From positions 1 through 64,000 of the IMG/VR virus record IMGVR_UViG_2744054526_000001: a DNA stretch of 64,000 bases; one strand, written 5' to 3'. How positions within the stretch are numbered: the stretch's first letter is position 1; the number at the start of each line of letters is the position of its first letter. Source of the DNA: a virus (taxonomy: Duplodnaviria > Caudoviricetes). Under the pieces are notes generated by a model that made no database searches, was not told the origin of the DNA, and saw only the letters and a list, made by a program, of their open reading frames with translations. Shown in pieces: positions 1 through 8,668 of the stretch. A program made the position numbers and the translations under genes.

Positions 1-1164
1 TCACGCGATATTCACCAGCTCAGCAAAAGCTCCTTGTGCCATATTTGTGCCATTCCCCGCCAGGAATGAGTCGATTTGCATGGCATGCTGCGTCAGGTGA
101 TTCGGTGCCAGATGTGCATAACGCTGTACCATCTCGATACTTTCCCAACCGCCCATTTCCTGTAGCGCACTGAGTGGTACGCCGGACTGAACAAGCCAGC
201 TCGCCCAGGTGTGCCGCAGGTCATGGAAGCGGAAATTTTCTATTCCCGCCCGCCTTAACGCTGCGCGCCATGCCGTGTTAGCATCAGACCGCATTTTGCG
301 CACTGACTTTGTTCTCGTTCCATCCGGGCGAACTGATGATTCAGTGTGAACAAAGACCCACCGGTTATGTTTCCCCAGCTGCTCCCGCAGCACCTTACAG
401 GCCGATTCGTTCAGGGCGACCCCAATCGCCCTTCCTGCTTTCGCGTCCTCGGGGTGAATCCACGCGACCTTCCTCTGCATATCAATTTGCGACCACTCCA
501 GATCTGTGATGTTCGACCTGCGCAGCCCCGTCGCCAGTGCAAAAATAACAACTGGCTTCATATGCTCGGGAAGCTCCCGGATCAGGTTCGCCGCTTCCTC
601 TTTGGTTAGCCAGCGAATACGCTTATTTTTTGGCACCGGGCATTTGATGTTCGGCGCTTTGGCTATCCATCGCCATTCGTTGGCCGCGCATCGTAACAGC
701 GCCCGGATGAATGCAAGGTGCGTTGCCTTCGTCGCCAGCGACGCTGGTTTATCCTTAAATTCAGGAACCGGCTTACCTCTTCGCAGCAGGCTGTCCCGCT
801 TAGCCTCCCAGTTCATTCGATGTTTGCGATTAACCATCGAACTCACCGCCGACAAGATCCTGTCTTCCGTAATTGCTGACAAGTCCATTCCTTTGAAGTG
901 CATCCTCCAGAATCCGATCCGGCTTTTGTCATCGTCCAGGCTTTTCTTGTGCTGCTTTTCGTTAAGCCAGCGAACGCACGCTTCATCAAACGTTCGCGGC
1001 TTATACTCCCCCATCTTATCAACTCGCCATGCTTCAGCTTTCAGCTGATCATAGAGCTCCTGCGCTTGCCTTTTGTCCGTTGTCCCAAGAGACCGTCTAA
1101 TTCGACTTCCACCAGGCGTAACGAAGTCGCAGTGCCACGTACCGGCACGTTGTTTGATTGACAT
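1..1164 (-). CDS. int: P22-like tyrosine integrase
   Basis: 387 aa; [18 protein letters not shown] and RYAH catalytic motifs; closely resembles P22 Int as recalled. Confidence 0.95.
   Translation of the reverse strand: MSIKQRAGTWHCDFVTPGGSRIRRSLGTTDKRQAQELYDQLKAEAWRVDKMGEYKPRTFDEACVRWLNEKQHKKSLDDDKSRIGFWRMHFKGMDLSAITEDRILSAVSSMVNRKHRMNWEAKRDSLLRRGKPVPEFKDKPASLATKATHLAFIRALLRCAANEWRWIAKAPNIKCPVPKNKRIRWLTKEEAANLIRELPEHMKPVVIFALATGLRRSNITDLEWSQIDMQRKVAWIHPEDAKAGRAIGVALNESACKVLREQLGKHNRWVFVHTESSVRPDGTRTKSVRKMRSDANTAWRAALRRAGIENFRFHDLRHTWASWLVQSGVPLSALQEMGGWESIEMVQRYAHLAPNHLTQHAMQIDSFLAGNGTNMAQGAFAELVNIA
35..52. promoter_or_regulatory. Candidate integrase arm-binding repeats (TGTGCCA x2)
   Basis: TGTGCCA at 35-41 and 46-52; a same-spaced pair recurs near attR at 42173-42190. 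Confidence 0.55.
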
Positions 1165-1388
1165 GCTTTATCCTCCTGCACATCAACCGCATTCACGGGT
1201 TGATTGTGGATCGGGTTCTTCACTGCCGCAATACAGTCTGTTTTACAGATCAGGTATGGGCTTTTTTTCTTATGTGGATTTTTTCGGGTGGCAGCCAGGC
1301 GACCGGACTTTATCCACTGGGCAATCGTGCCTTTATCCACTTTAAGGAAGGCGGCGGCCTCATCTCTGGTAAATACTTCTTCGTCCAT
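1041..1388 (-). CDS. xis: Excisionase (HTH)
   Basis: [12 protein letters not shown]...WIKSGRL HTH; overlaps the int 5' end as in P22. Confidence 0.85.
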   Translation of the reverse strand: MDEEVFTRDEAAAFLKVDKGTIAQWIKSGRLAATRKNPHKKKSPYLICKTDCIAAVKNPIHNQPVNAVDVQEDKACQSNNVPVRGTATSLRLVEVELDGLLGQRTKGKRRSSMIS

Positions 1389-1429
1389 CGATGTTCTCCA
1401 GTAGCCCCATCCGGGGCCGTCGTTGTTAA

Positions 1430-1675
1430 TCAGTGTGCCTGTGCTGGCAGGTTTCGAAGTTTACGAACGCCGATCATTGCTGTGGCGACATAGCTGGTGG
1501 CCCGGTTGACGACTTCGACGGTGACCTTCATGCCATCCACCTCAACGGTGTAATTTGTCTGGTGCTTCTGCCTGCCGTAATCGCCATATTTTTCGTGGTG
1601 CGCCGCCAGCGCAGCATCGCAAGCGCGGCGACCGATAGGTGATTGCTTACTGCGATTAATCAGCCTCATCATCAC
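1430..1675 (-). CDS. Conserved phage hypothetical protein (DUF4060-like)
   Basis: 81-aa ORF coupled to dam in the leftward operon. Confidence 0.6.
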   Translation of the reverse strand: MMMRLINRSKQSPIGRRACDAALAAHHEKYGDYGRQKHQTNYTVEVDGMKVTVEVVNRATSYVATAMIGVRKLRNLPAQAH

Positions 1676-2544
1676 TTCACTCCCAAAGTGGCTACGACAT
1701 CACTCGCTGTTTCGCGGGTGCTGCCTTTGCTGGATATAGCCCGGCGAGCACTGACGTGGTGCAGAGTGAAGCCGTGCTGTTCGTAAAGTTCAATTACTCG
1801 CGGTGCGGTAGAATTGCTGATCACAACTTTTGCCCCCCGCTGGTGGGCTGCCACACAGCTTTCCGCAAGCTCCACCTGGCTATCCCATGAGAACCCACCA
1901 GCCGCGTAGTTAGTGAAACCAGCGGTGCCTGGCAGCGGTTCATAAGGCGGATCGCAGTAAACGACGTCACCAGCACCTGCCAGCGCGAGCGTGCGCCTGA
2001 AGCCTGCATTCATGAATACGCATGAGTGAGCCTTCCGCTTAAATGCCTTGATCTCTTCTTCCGGGAAATATGGCGCTTTATATTTCCCAAAGCCGACGTT
2101 AAAAAAACCGTCCAGGTTGTAACGGATCAGGCCGTTGAAGCAGTGCCGGTTGAGGTAAAGGAATGCTGCTGCGCGCTCAACCGCATCCAGCCGCTGCGCG
2201 TTGAACGCTTCACGAATTACCGTGTAGTTTTCGGCATCATTCAGATGCCTGAATGCTTTCATTGCCTCATAGATCACCGAGTCGGGGACCACCGCCAGCA
2301 TCTGATACAGGTTAATCAGGTCAGCGTTGACGTCAGCCAGAAGGAAGCGTTCGTGCTTGTCTGAGTTAAGGAACACCGATCCGCCACCTACAAAAGGCTC
2401 AATAAGGCGTTTCCCTGCGGGGATCAGGCGATCCAGTTCCGGCAGCAGCGAATATTTTCCGCCAGCCCATTTAAGGAACGGGCGCTGCCAGCTACGCGGC
2501 GCTGTTTCTGCCTCTTGAGTCGACATCTCAGCACAATCACTCAT
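1672..2544 (-). CDS. dam: DNA adenine methyltransferase (Dam family)
   Basis: LKWAGGK, EPFVGGGSV and YCDPPY motifs. Confidence 0.93.
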   Translation of the reverse strand: MSDCAEMSTQEAETAPRSWQRPFLKWAGGKYSLLPELDRLIPAGKRLIEPFVGGGSVFLNSDKHERFLLADVNADLINLYQMLAVVPDSVIYEAMKAFRHLNDAENYTVIREAFNAQRLDAVERAAAFLYLNRHCFNGLIRYNLDGFFNVGFGKYKAPYFPEEEIKAFKRKAHSCVFMNAGFRRTLALAGAGDVVYCDPPYEPLPGTAGFTNYAAGGFSWDSQVELAESCVAAHQRGAKVVISNSTAPRVIELYEQHGFTLHHVSARRAISSKGSTRETASDVVATLGVK

Positions 2545-2699
2545 GCCGCCACCTGCTTATCGTTAAGTTCTTCAGTCAGTCGTTGTGCCTTAAGTGGGTT
2601 GGTAACGACATCACCCCACGGCAGCAACCATCCGTTTTTCTCTTTGAGCCAGGGCAGGCGCACCGCGCCAACCCTGATTTCGTCCTGTGCGTGCGTCAT
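2541..2699 (-). CDS. Small phage protein (DUF1317-like, 52 aa; not in ORF track)
   Basis: Manual translation MTHAQDEIRVGAVRLPWLKEKNGWLLPWG...; ATGA overlaps with both neighbours. Confidence 0.75.
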   Translation of the reverse strand: MTHAQDEIRVGAVRLPWLKEKNGWLLPWGDVVTNPLKAQRLTEELNDKQVAA

Positions 2700-3427
2700 A
2701 ACGCATAGATAGAGTGAGAAGGGAACGGAAGACCGATCGGAGCAAACGGAATATCGTCGTCAAAGTCGACCGGTGGCTGACCGCTGTTCTGCTGCAAGCG
2801 AGATTGTGGTGCGCCGCCAGTCTGATTTGCATAAGGGTTACCGCTATGCTGGGCATTGCGCGGGCCAGAGAACTGCGCGCCGCCGTGCATACGTTCGTCT
2901 TTATCCTTCATCGACAGTTCAAGCGCGGCTATCGCTTCCGCTGGAGCGTTCTCAGCATGTTCGGCGTAGGTCTTACGCGTTCCCGGCTGGAAAACGTGGC
3001 GCACTTCGAACTTGTAACCGTCGCCGCCGTCGTTTTTGGTGTACAGCACCTTCTGGAGGAACAGGCCCACCTTTTTGCCAACCAGTGCCGGGCAGTGCCA
3101 TTCGATGCCGTTTTGACCCTGTACCTGCTGCGGTTGCGCCTGTTTGACCTGGGCGACCCACATCAGCGCTGATACCAGCCCCATGCCGAACGTCTGCTGG
3201 CCGTCTTTACCGAGGAAGTTAATGCGCAGGAAATTCGCCTTAAGCCCGTTGGAATCCAGGCTCAGTTCGAGCGCCTGGGACTGGCTTCCGTCTTTCCCGA
3301 AGGTGTACACCGCAGAAACGATTTCGCCCTCGTAAGCGCCGGTTTCGCTGATCCCGCCTGTTGCGCCAGCTTTCTTCGCCATCTCAGCCGTTTCGTTGTT
3401 CCACATAAAAGTCATTGGTTGGTTCAT
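2696..3427 (-). CDS. Putative phage ssDNA-binding protein (Sak4 partner)
   Basis: G/Q/N-rich linker and SSB-type DFDDDIPF motif; adjacent to the AAA ATPase. Confidence 0.65.
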   Translation of the reverse strand: MNQPMTFMWNNETAEMAKKAGATGGISETGAYEGEIVSAVYTFGKDGSQSQALELSLDSNGLKANFLRINFLGKDGQQTFGMGLVSALMWVAQVKQAQPQQVQGQNGIEWHCPALVGKKVGLFLQKVLYTKNDGGDGYKFEVRHVFQPGTRKTYAEHAENAPAEAIAALELSMKDKDERMHGGAQFSGPRNAQHSGNPYANQTGGAPQSRLQQNSGQPPVDFDDDIPFAPIGLPFPSHSIYAL

Positions 3428-3443
3428 CGTTAAATCCTCAAAG

Positions 3444-4115
3444 TTACAATTCGGTCATAAATTCGGTGATAGCCACGTCTACGGCGTGGAGGTCGTTGTC
3501 CATTTCCGTCTGATCAGGGAACAGGTCAGGCGGTGCTTTGGCGGTGTCGTTGTCATCGCCTTTGATGAGAAAGACGTGTTTGCCGTCCTTCTTGATGGCG
3601 CGCAGCACGATGGAGAAATAGCCCTCTGGCGTCAGCTTTTCGTTGAGCATCTTCCCGGTGGTCTTCATGCGGATCTTTCCCTCGGTCTCTTCGGTGTGAG
3701 CCAGGAAATAAACGCGGAAGTCGTCCGGCAGCTCGGTGGCCGCCATGATGATTCGCCAGATGTGATCTGCCATTTCGGTGAACTTGGCATAGCCGGTCTG
3801 GTACGCGCGGTTCATGTTTTCGTGCTGCATGACCACCTGGAAATCGTCGATGATCAGGACGCGGCGCGTTTTCGATTGCACCATGCGATAGATGGTGTCC
3901 AGCACAGTTTCCCAGTTATCCGAGCGCAGAACGTTACCGCGCTGTTTGCTTCCGTCTGGCAGCAGCTTGCCGTGAAGTTTCCAGCCCGCAGACTTGAACG
4001 GCAGCATTTTGGGGATGCACTGGAGCAGCATCACATCGTCCGGATTGAAGTTGCGCAGGCTGTAGGACTTGCCCGCGCCAGAGTCACCGAGGATCAGCAC
4101 TGGAGTACCCATCAT
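3444..4115 (-). CDS. Sak4-like AAA ATPase / annealing recombinase
   Basis: Walker A GDSGAGKS, Walker B LIIDD, FLAH motif; about 220 aa. Confidence 0.8.
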   Translation of the reverse strand: MMGTPVLILGDSGAGKSYSLRNFNPDDVMLLQCIPKMLPFKSAGWKLHGKLLPDGSKQRGNVLRSDNWETVLDTIYRMVQSKTRRVLIIDDFQVVMQHENMNRAYQTGYAKFTEMADHIWRIIMAATELPDDFRVYFLAHTEETEGKIRMKTTGKMLNEKLTPEGYFSIVLRAIKKDGKHVFLIKGDDNDTAKAPPDLFPDQTEMDNDLHAVDVAITEFMTEL

Positions 4116-4783
4116 TTACCCCCGTTCAGCCAGTGTTCAGCCGTAAACAGCACGTCTTCGTCGTCGCTGTTGGCAACGAGCCAGCGCAGGTAACCCGGTT
4201 CTGTTTTTGCCAGCTCTGCGAACGAGACGCCTTTATGCTTACCGAAGCGGAGCGCATGCAGCAGGGAAGGGTTATTGGAAATGGCGCGCATTTCGCCCAT
4301 CGTCCATTTCGCCAGGCGGCCCATATAGAGCAGCAATTCGGCGGTGACGTAGCAGTCATACAGCGCGCGGTGAGCGTAAAGCCCTTCAGGTACTTCCGGT
4401 TTCAGCCCGAGGCTGTAACGCAGGTACTGGTTGCTGTGGCTCTTGTGATCAGGCAGGAGCGAACGCGCCAGCTTAGCGGTACAGATCCACGGGGCGTTCA
4501 TTGCAGGAAGTTTGGCTTTATCGAACTTTGCGTTGTGGGCGACATATGCGTCAGCGCCCATATAGCGGCCAATTACTTCACTGAGCAGAGGCGCGCCTTC
4601 CACCATATCTTCGGTGATATGGTGAATAGCCATGGCCTCAAAACCGATCGCCACGCCTGGCTTAACGAGGTCGCTCATTGGGTTGCAGATCACGCCATCG
4701 ACAATATCGACGCTGGCGATTTCCACCACAGTTTCCGGGCCGCCTTCCAGCCCAGTTGTTTCGGTATCAATGACACGCAACAT
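4112..4783 (-). CDS. DEDDh 3'-5' exonuclease (ExoX-like)
   Basis: IDTETTG, VAHNAKFD, AHRALYDC motifs; C-terminal FGKHKG domain; start at MLRVID. Confidence 0.88.
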   Translation of the reverse strand: MLRVIDTETTGLEGGPETVVEIASVDIVDGVICNPMSDLVKPGVAIGFEAMAIHHITEDMVEGAPLLSEVIGRYMGADAYVAHNAKFDKAKLPAMNAPWICTAKLARSLLPDHKSHSNQYLRYSLGLKPEVPEGLYAHRALYDCYVTAELLLYMGRLAKWTMGEMRAISNNPSLLHALRFGKHKGVSFAELAKTEPGYLRWLVANSDDEDVLFTAEHWLNGGK

Positions 4784-4940
4784 TGTTAGTCCCCTGTGTT
4801 CTGTAATCACAAACTGCATCGAAGTGCGCGAGCTGGTGGGCGATGGCCTCAAGATCAGCTGGCGATAAGTGGTACATCAGGCACAGCAACGCGATAAGGT
4901 TCATCGCCTGCTGCTGTTTGGTCGTAGCCTGCATATCCAT
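4767..4940 (-). CDS. Small hypothetical protein (57 aa; not in ORF track)
   Basis: Manual translation MDMQATTKQQQAMNLIALLCL...; AGAGGA RBS upstream. Confidence 0.55.
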   Translation of the reverse strand: MDMQATTKQQQAMNLIALLCLMYHLSPADLEAIAHQLAHFDAVCDYRTQGTNNVACH

Positions 4941-5016
4941 TCCTCTGAAAAAAGGTTGTAAGAATCCCGTCGCTGTATAAGCCGACCATTTGCTAAATTC
5001 GGTTTTGCTGGTGGTG

Positions 5017-5289
5017 TTAGCCCTGAGATTCGCCGCAGAACGGGCAGAAACTCATTTTCACATTGGTTTCCAGGCGGTTCAGGTTTTTAGCCATTTCGCC
5101 GTTTTTCTTTTTGGCCCGGTACGCCAGTTTGTATTTCAGCGTGACGTGTGAGCCGCCATCAGAAAGAGAAAGAACCTGATTTTCCCAACCGCGATCAAGG
5201 ATGCTTTCACTCACTTCAGCGCCCTCCGGAACCTTCTCTTTAAGCCGTGCTTCGATTTGAGCACCAACTTCATTCATACAGTTGCACAT
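5017..5289 (-). CDS. Phage hypothetical protein with CxC/CPFCG Zn motifs
   Basis: 90-aa ORF with RBS in the pL operon. Confidence 0.65.
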   Translation of the reverse strand: MCNCMNEVGAQIEARLKEKVPEGAEVSESILDRGWENQVLSLSDGGSHVTLKYKLAYRAKKKNGEMAKNLNRLETNVKMSFCPFCGESQG

Positions 5290-5299
5290 CCCTTACCCC

Positions 5300-5497
5300 T
5301 CAAAATTTCGCGTCATAACCCGCTGGCGTTTCGTCAGCGTGAATGATGCCTTCGACTGGATAGCAGTTAGTGATGCCCATTTGCTCACTCGCTGCCGCTT
5401 CACATTGCTGCTGATTGTCGAAAATACCGACGACAGCATCCTGGTAATCACCGTTCGTCATGGTGATGGTCAGCACTAATGCGTACAGGGCTCCCAT
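5300..5497 (-). CDS. DUF1482/YdfD-like protein
   Basis: MGALYALVLTI...GIFDNQQQCEAAASEQ...CYPVE. Confidence 0.7.
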   Translation of the reverse strand: MGALYALVLTITMTNGDYQDAVVGIFDNQQQCEAAASEQMGITNCYPVEGIIHADETPAGYDAKF

Positions 5498-5697
5498 CAG
5501 TGAGTCCCCGCAGGCACAAGATTTGGTTCGATGGTGCGTGAGGCATAAGGGCGGCGAATGTTGCGCAGGTTTCCCTGCGGTTCGTGCCAGTAGGTGCCGT
5601 CGCGGTAGTCGTAGGAAACCCGCCATGCTGCGCCGGTGCGACTGTTGCGCATGACGACTGCACGACCGTTGTTTGGTACTGCGTGGTTAGTTTTCAT
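5497..5697 (-). CDS. First pL-operon protein, hypothetical
   Basis: 66-aa ORF with AGGGG RBS downstream of pL. Confidence 0.6.
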   Translation of the reverse strand: MKTNHAVPNNGRAVVMRNSRTGAAWRVSYDYRDGTYWHEPQGNLRNIRRPYASRTIEPNLVPAGTH

Positions 5698-5776
5698 CTC
5701 ATCCCCTTGCCGTCTTCCCGGCTGCCAGAACTTTTACCCGGGCATTCGCGTTTGAATGCGTTGTTTGGATGAGGTG

Positions 5777-5819
5777 ATAATGTACTAAAGGTTCAAATAT
5801 GTAAAGTACCAAAAGTACA
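5777..5819 (-). promoter_or_regulatory. pL promoter with OL operators
   Basis: Minus-strand TTTACA-N17-CATTAT; 15-bp operators TGTACTAAAGGTTCA (5781) and AGTACCAAAAGTACA (5805). Confidence 0.65.
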
Positions 5820-5934
5820 ATTTTTAAGAATGGAAAGTTCATATTTAGTTATCTATATGAACTTTAAGGTTAATTATTTTACGTGAGAGACGTTGTGAGG
5901 GATTTGTTGTGCTGGGCTTGGCAGTCGAACTTCA

Positions 5935-6645
5935 TCAACTATGGAAACGATACGCTCTTGACTGGCTAACAAGAACCTTCGCGCAGATTCGAAGCGAAGT
6001 GTAGTCCCCGTCTTCGATGTACCATGTCTCATACTTTTTGTTATCAGAGATGACGGCCAGCTTTTTATGCTGCTTCTGGAGGCGTTTAATATAGAGATCA
6101 TTATCTAATACAAAGATGTAGATTCCATCACCATCAAAACAATCAATACTGACATCGACGAAGATCTGGTCACGCGGTTCAAATGTCCCTGACATTGAAT
6201 CTCCGTTCACAGCGATCATTTTTATGTGGTCTGCGGGCCGACCACCGAAGACAGCTCGCGCCTCTTCAGTGGAGTATTCAATGGATTTTATGGTTTCGAT
6301 AAATTCATCTCGCACGAGAACTCCTTGCCCGGCGCTGGCTTGAATATCAAACACATCCACACGATAAGAGTCGTCCCTCATTATCAAATGCCCCTCCGAT
6401 ATTCCATCAATGGCACTATCACCTAACAGATGTGACGAAGATGTGCCAATTATAGCCGCTAATTCTTGCAGCTTCCCACGTCTAGGAATGGCTTCCCCAT
6501 TGAACCACTTGCTTACCGCTTTTGGCGTGAGCTTCATTCGCTTAGCGATTTCAGCCTGACGACCATGAGCAGGCATACCAGCTTTATCACAGGCCAGCGC
6601 TAGCCGTTTGGAGAAATCAATACGCGCTTTTTCTTCTTGAACCAT
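5935..6645 (-). CDS. cI: CI repressor (HK022-like; HTH + S24 peptidase)
   Basis: FSKRLALACDKAG..GRQ..TPKAVSKWFNGE HTH; A-G cleavage site, GDSM and IKRL; likely start MVQEEK. Confidence 0.93.
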   Translation of the reverse strand: MVQEEKARIDFSKRLALACDKAGMPAHGRQAEIAKRMKLTPKAVSKWFNGEAIPRRGKLQELAAIIGTSSSHLLGDSAIDGISEGHLIMRDDSYRVDVFDIQASAGQGVLVRDEFIETIKSIEYSTEEARAVFGGRPADHIKMIAVNGDSMSGTFEPRDQIFVDVSIDCFDGDGIYIFVLDNDLYIKRLQKQHKKLAVISDNKKYETWYIEDGDYTSLRICAKVLVSQSRAYRFHS

Positions 6646-6709
6646 AGGTTCAATCATAATACCACTTGCGTGAACTATCAGTTCCGACATAATATGTACC
6701 TACAGTTCA
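6638..6709. promoter_or_regulatory. OR operators with pR/pRM
   Basis: TGAACCATAGGTTCA (6638), TGAACTATCAGTTCC (6671), TGTACCTACAGTTCA (6695); HK022-type consensus. Confidence 0.75.
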
Positions 6710-6725
6710 ATTTAGAGGATTGAAA

Positions 6726-6953
6726 ATGCAACCTACCAGCCTCGGTCAAATCATCAAAAAAATCCGCGTACCTGTCGTTGCGCGAGCCTGCGAACTAACA
6801 CCACGAGCGATCTACAAGTGGATTGGAAGTGGCAGCCTTCCGCGTACCGATTACACCGGTGAAACCAAATACGCAGAAAAAATCGCACAGGCATCTGATG
6901 GGCAATTTACCGCTGACCAGATACTCGAAGTGAGCAAACCGAAAGCCGTCTAA
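6726..6953 (+). CDS. cro: Cro (HK022-like)
   Basis: VARACELTPRAIYKW HTH, divergent from cI. Confidence 0.85.
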   Translation: MQPTSLGQIIKKIRVPVVARACELTPRAIYKWIGSGSLPRTDYTGETKYAEKIAQASDGQFTADQILEVSKPKAV

Positions 6954-6990
6954 TTCCCGGCCTCCAATTAACACCAGGAGATTGTTACCA

Positions 6991-7311
6991 ATGGAGAACG
7001 CAATCGCACGAAAGTTAGACCCGCCAGTAATCAATCCGGTTGAGATCGAAAGCGTCTTGCTCAACCGGCTTGCATCAGTGGGCCAGAAGTCTTACGCCGA
7101 GCATATGGGCATCAGCGAGTCGACAGCCAGCAGGCGTAAAGCCGAAGGGCATTTCAGCACTATGGCGAAAGAACTGGCCTTCCTTGGGATTCAGGCTGCG
7201 CCCCCGGAAGCAGTGCTGGTATCGCGTGAATACCTGGCATCAGTCGAAACGCTCGCTGATATCGGGCTGAAAGCCGAACGAGCAAGGCCGGGGCCGCTGG
7301 GGTGGGATTAA
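6991..7311 (+). CDS. cII: CII transcriptional activator
   Basis: LNRLASVGQKSYAEHMGISESTASR, lambda CII-like; follows cro. Confidence 0.8.
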   Translation: MENAIARKLDPPVINPVEIESVLLNRLASVGQKSYAEHMGISESTASRRKAEGHFSTMAKELAFLGIQAAPPEAVLVSREYLASVETLADIGLKAERARPGPLGWD

Positions 7312-7314
7312 GCC

Positions 7315-7568
7315 ATGAACCATATCGAATTCATCGAAAAGCATGTCCGTGAAGAACTGCTGAAGCTCGGTTTCTCTCTGGGAGTGGCTCAGGGGGGGCG
7401 TTCCAGGCTATCGACATGTACAAGCGCATGAGCCAGGCAAGCAGAAAGGGGAAGATTTTTGATGATGTTTTACGGCACGCAAAGCTGTGGGCGGAGAAGC
7501 AGCAGTTACCTGCTGACCGCTTTGAGAAGCGAAAAGTTAAACGGAACGCCCAGCCGGGCCTGTTCTGA
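7315..7568 (+). pseudogene. Phage hypothetical gene frameshifted at a G7 run
   Basis: ATG-to-TGA span is 254 nt; one extra G at 7392-7398 restores an 84-aa ORF. Confidence 0.7.
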
Positions 7569-7641
7569 AAAGGCGAAAGCCGCTGTGCACGAACACAAGC
7601 GGCTCTCAGGTGCAAATGTTCGACCAATTGCAGGAGGAATA

Positions 7642-7788
7642 ATGGCAAAAAACAACCGCTATTACCAGACCGCTGTACATAAAAACAATACCCGCGACCG
7701 CTTCGTGCGTTCGATTAATCCGGTAGTGGCCGAGAAGATGCGCGCCATCCTGGAGGAGTTGAAGCGTAAGGAGGAAAGCCGTGGGTAA
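7642..7788 (+). CDS. Small protein before initiator (DUF2740/orf48-like)
   Basis: 48 aa after AGGAGG; overlaps the initiator start. Confidence 0.65.
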   Translation: MAKNNRYYQTAVHKNNTRDRFVRSINPVVAEKMRAILEELKRKEESRG

Positions 7789-8668
7789 TCTCGCAACAGT
7801 CATACCAATCAGACCGGCTCTTACGGTCGTGGAGCGTCGGGTGGCAGATCTTGATGATGGTTTTACGCGCCTGGCAAACATGCTTCTGGAAGAATACGCA
7901 GGCGCTGACCTGACGAAGCGACAATTCAAAGTCCTGCTTGCTGTTCTGCGCCTGACTTATGGGTGGAATAAGCCCATGGACAGGATTGCCAATTCTCAGA
8001 TTGCTCAGATAGCAAAGCTGCCAGAAAAGCGCGTGAGTGAAGCGCGCGTCCAGCTCGTCGGAATGAACCTGCTAACCCAGGTGGGAAGGAGCATTGGACC
8101 GAATAAAAACACCGCCGAATGGTTACTACCAGCCGGTGAAAGCTGCGATACAGGAAATCCCTCAAAACAAGGGATAAATAACGAGGAAGAAGAATCCCTC
8201 AATTCAGGGGATAATCCCTCAAATCAGGGTATACCTCAAAATGAGGGAAAATCCCCTAAATCAGGGGAAGAAGAATCCCTCAATTCAGGGGAACACCAAA
8301 GACATATAAATACATTAAATACTAATACCCCCCAACCCCCAGAGGGGGAGTGTGTCGGGCAGGAAGAAAAATCTGTCTCAAAGAAAACCCCGATCGACTA
8401 CCAGGCAGTGCTGTCTGCATACAACACCACCCTGGGAGACCGCCTTCCTCAGGCAGAGGCACTAAACGACAAACGTCGCCGTGCTATCAAACGCCTGCTG
8501 ACCGAACTGAAAGAGCCAACCGTCGAGGCGGTGGAGAATTACTTCGCGGCTTTCGCTGAACGAGCACCAAAATTTTACTTCGGTGAGAACGACAGAGGCT
8601 GGCGCGCCAGTTTCGATTATCTGTTGCGCTCTGACACCCTGCTGAAAACCAGGGAGAAGGCGCTATGA
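7781..8668 (+). CDS. Replication initiator (lambda O-like N-terminus)
   Basis: VADLDDGFTRLAN...LTKRQFKVLLA..RLTYGWNK; internal iterons. Confidence 0.9.
   Translation: MGNLATVIPIRPALTVVERRVADLDDGFTRLANMLLEEYAGADLTKRQFKVLLAVLRLTYGWNKPMDRIANSQIAQIAKLPEKRVSEARVQLVGMNLLTQVGRSIGPNKNTAEWLLPAGESCDTGNPSKQGINNEEEESLNSGDNPSNQGIPQNEGKSPKSGEEESLNSGEHQRHINTLNTNTPQPPEGECVGQEEKSVSKKTPIDYQAVLSAYNTTLGDRLPQAEALNDKRRRAIKRLLTELKEPTVEAVENYFAAFAERAPKFYFGENDRGWRASFDYLLRSDTLLKTREKAL
8157..8330. repeat. Replication origin: six 19-bp iterons plus AT-rich tract
   Basis: ATCCCTCAAAACAAGGGAT-like units at 8157, 8194, 8214, 8231, 8251 and 8275. Confidence 0.85.

Noticed and set aside
8157-8293. CRISPR-like array
   Set aside because: Near-abutting degenerate 19-mers inside the O gene, no spacers and no cas genes; these are iterons.
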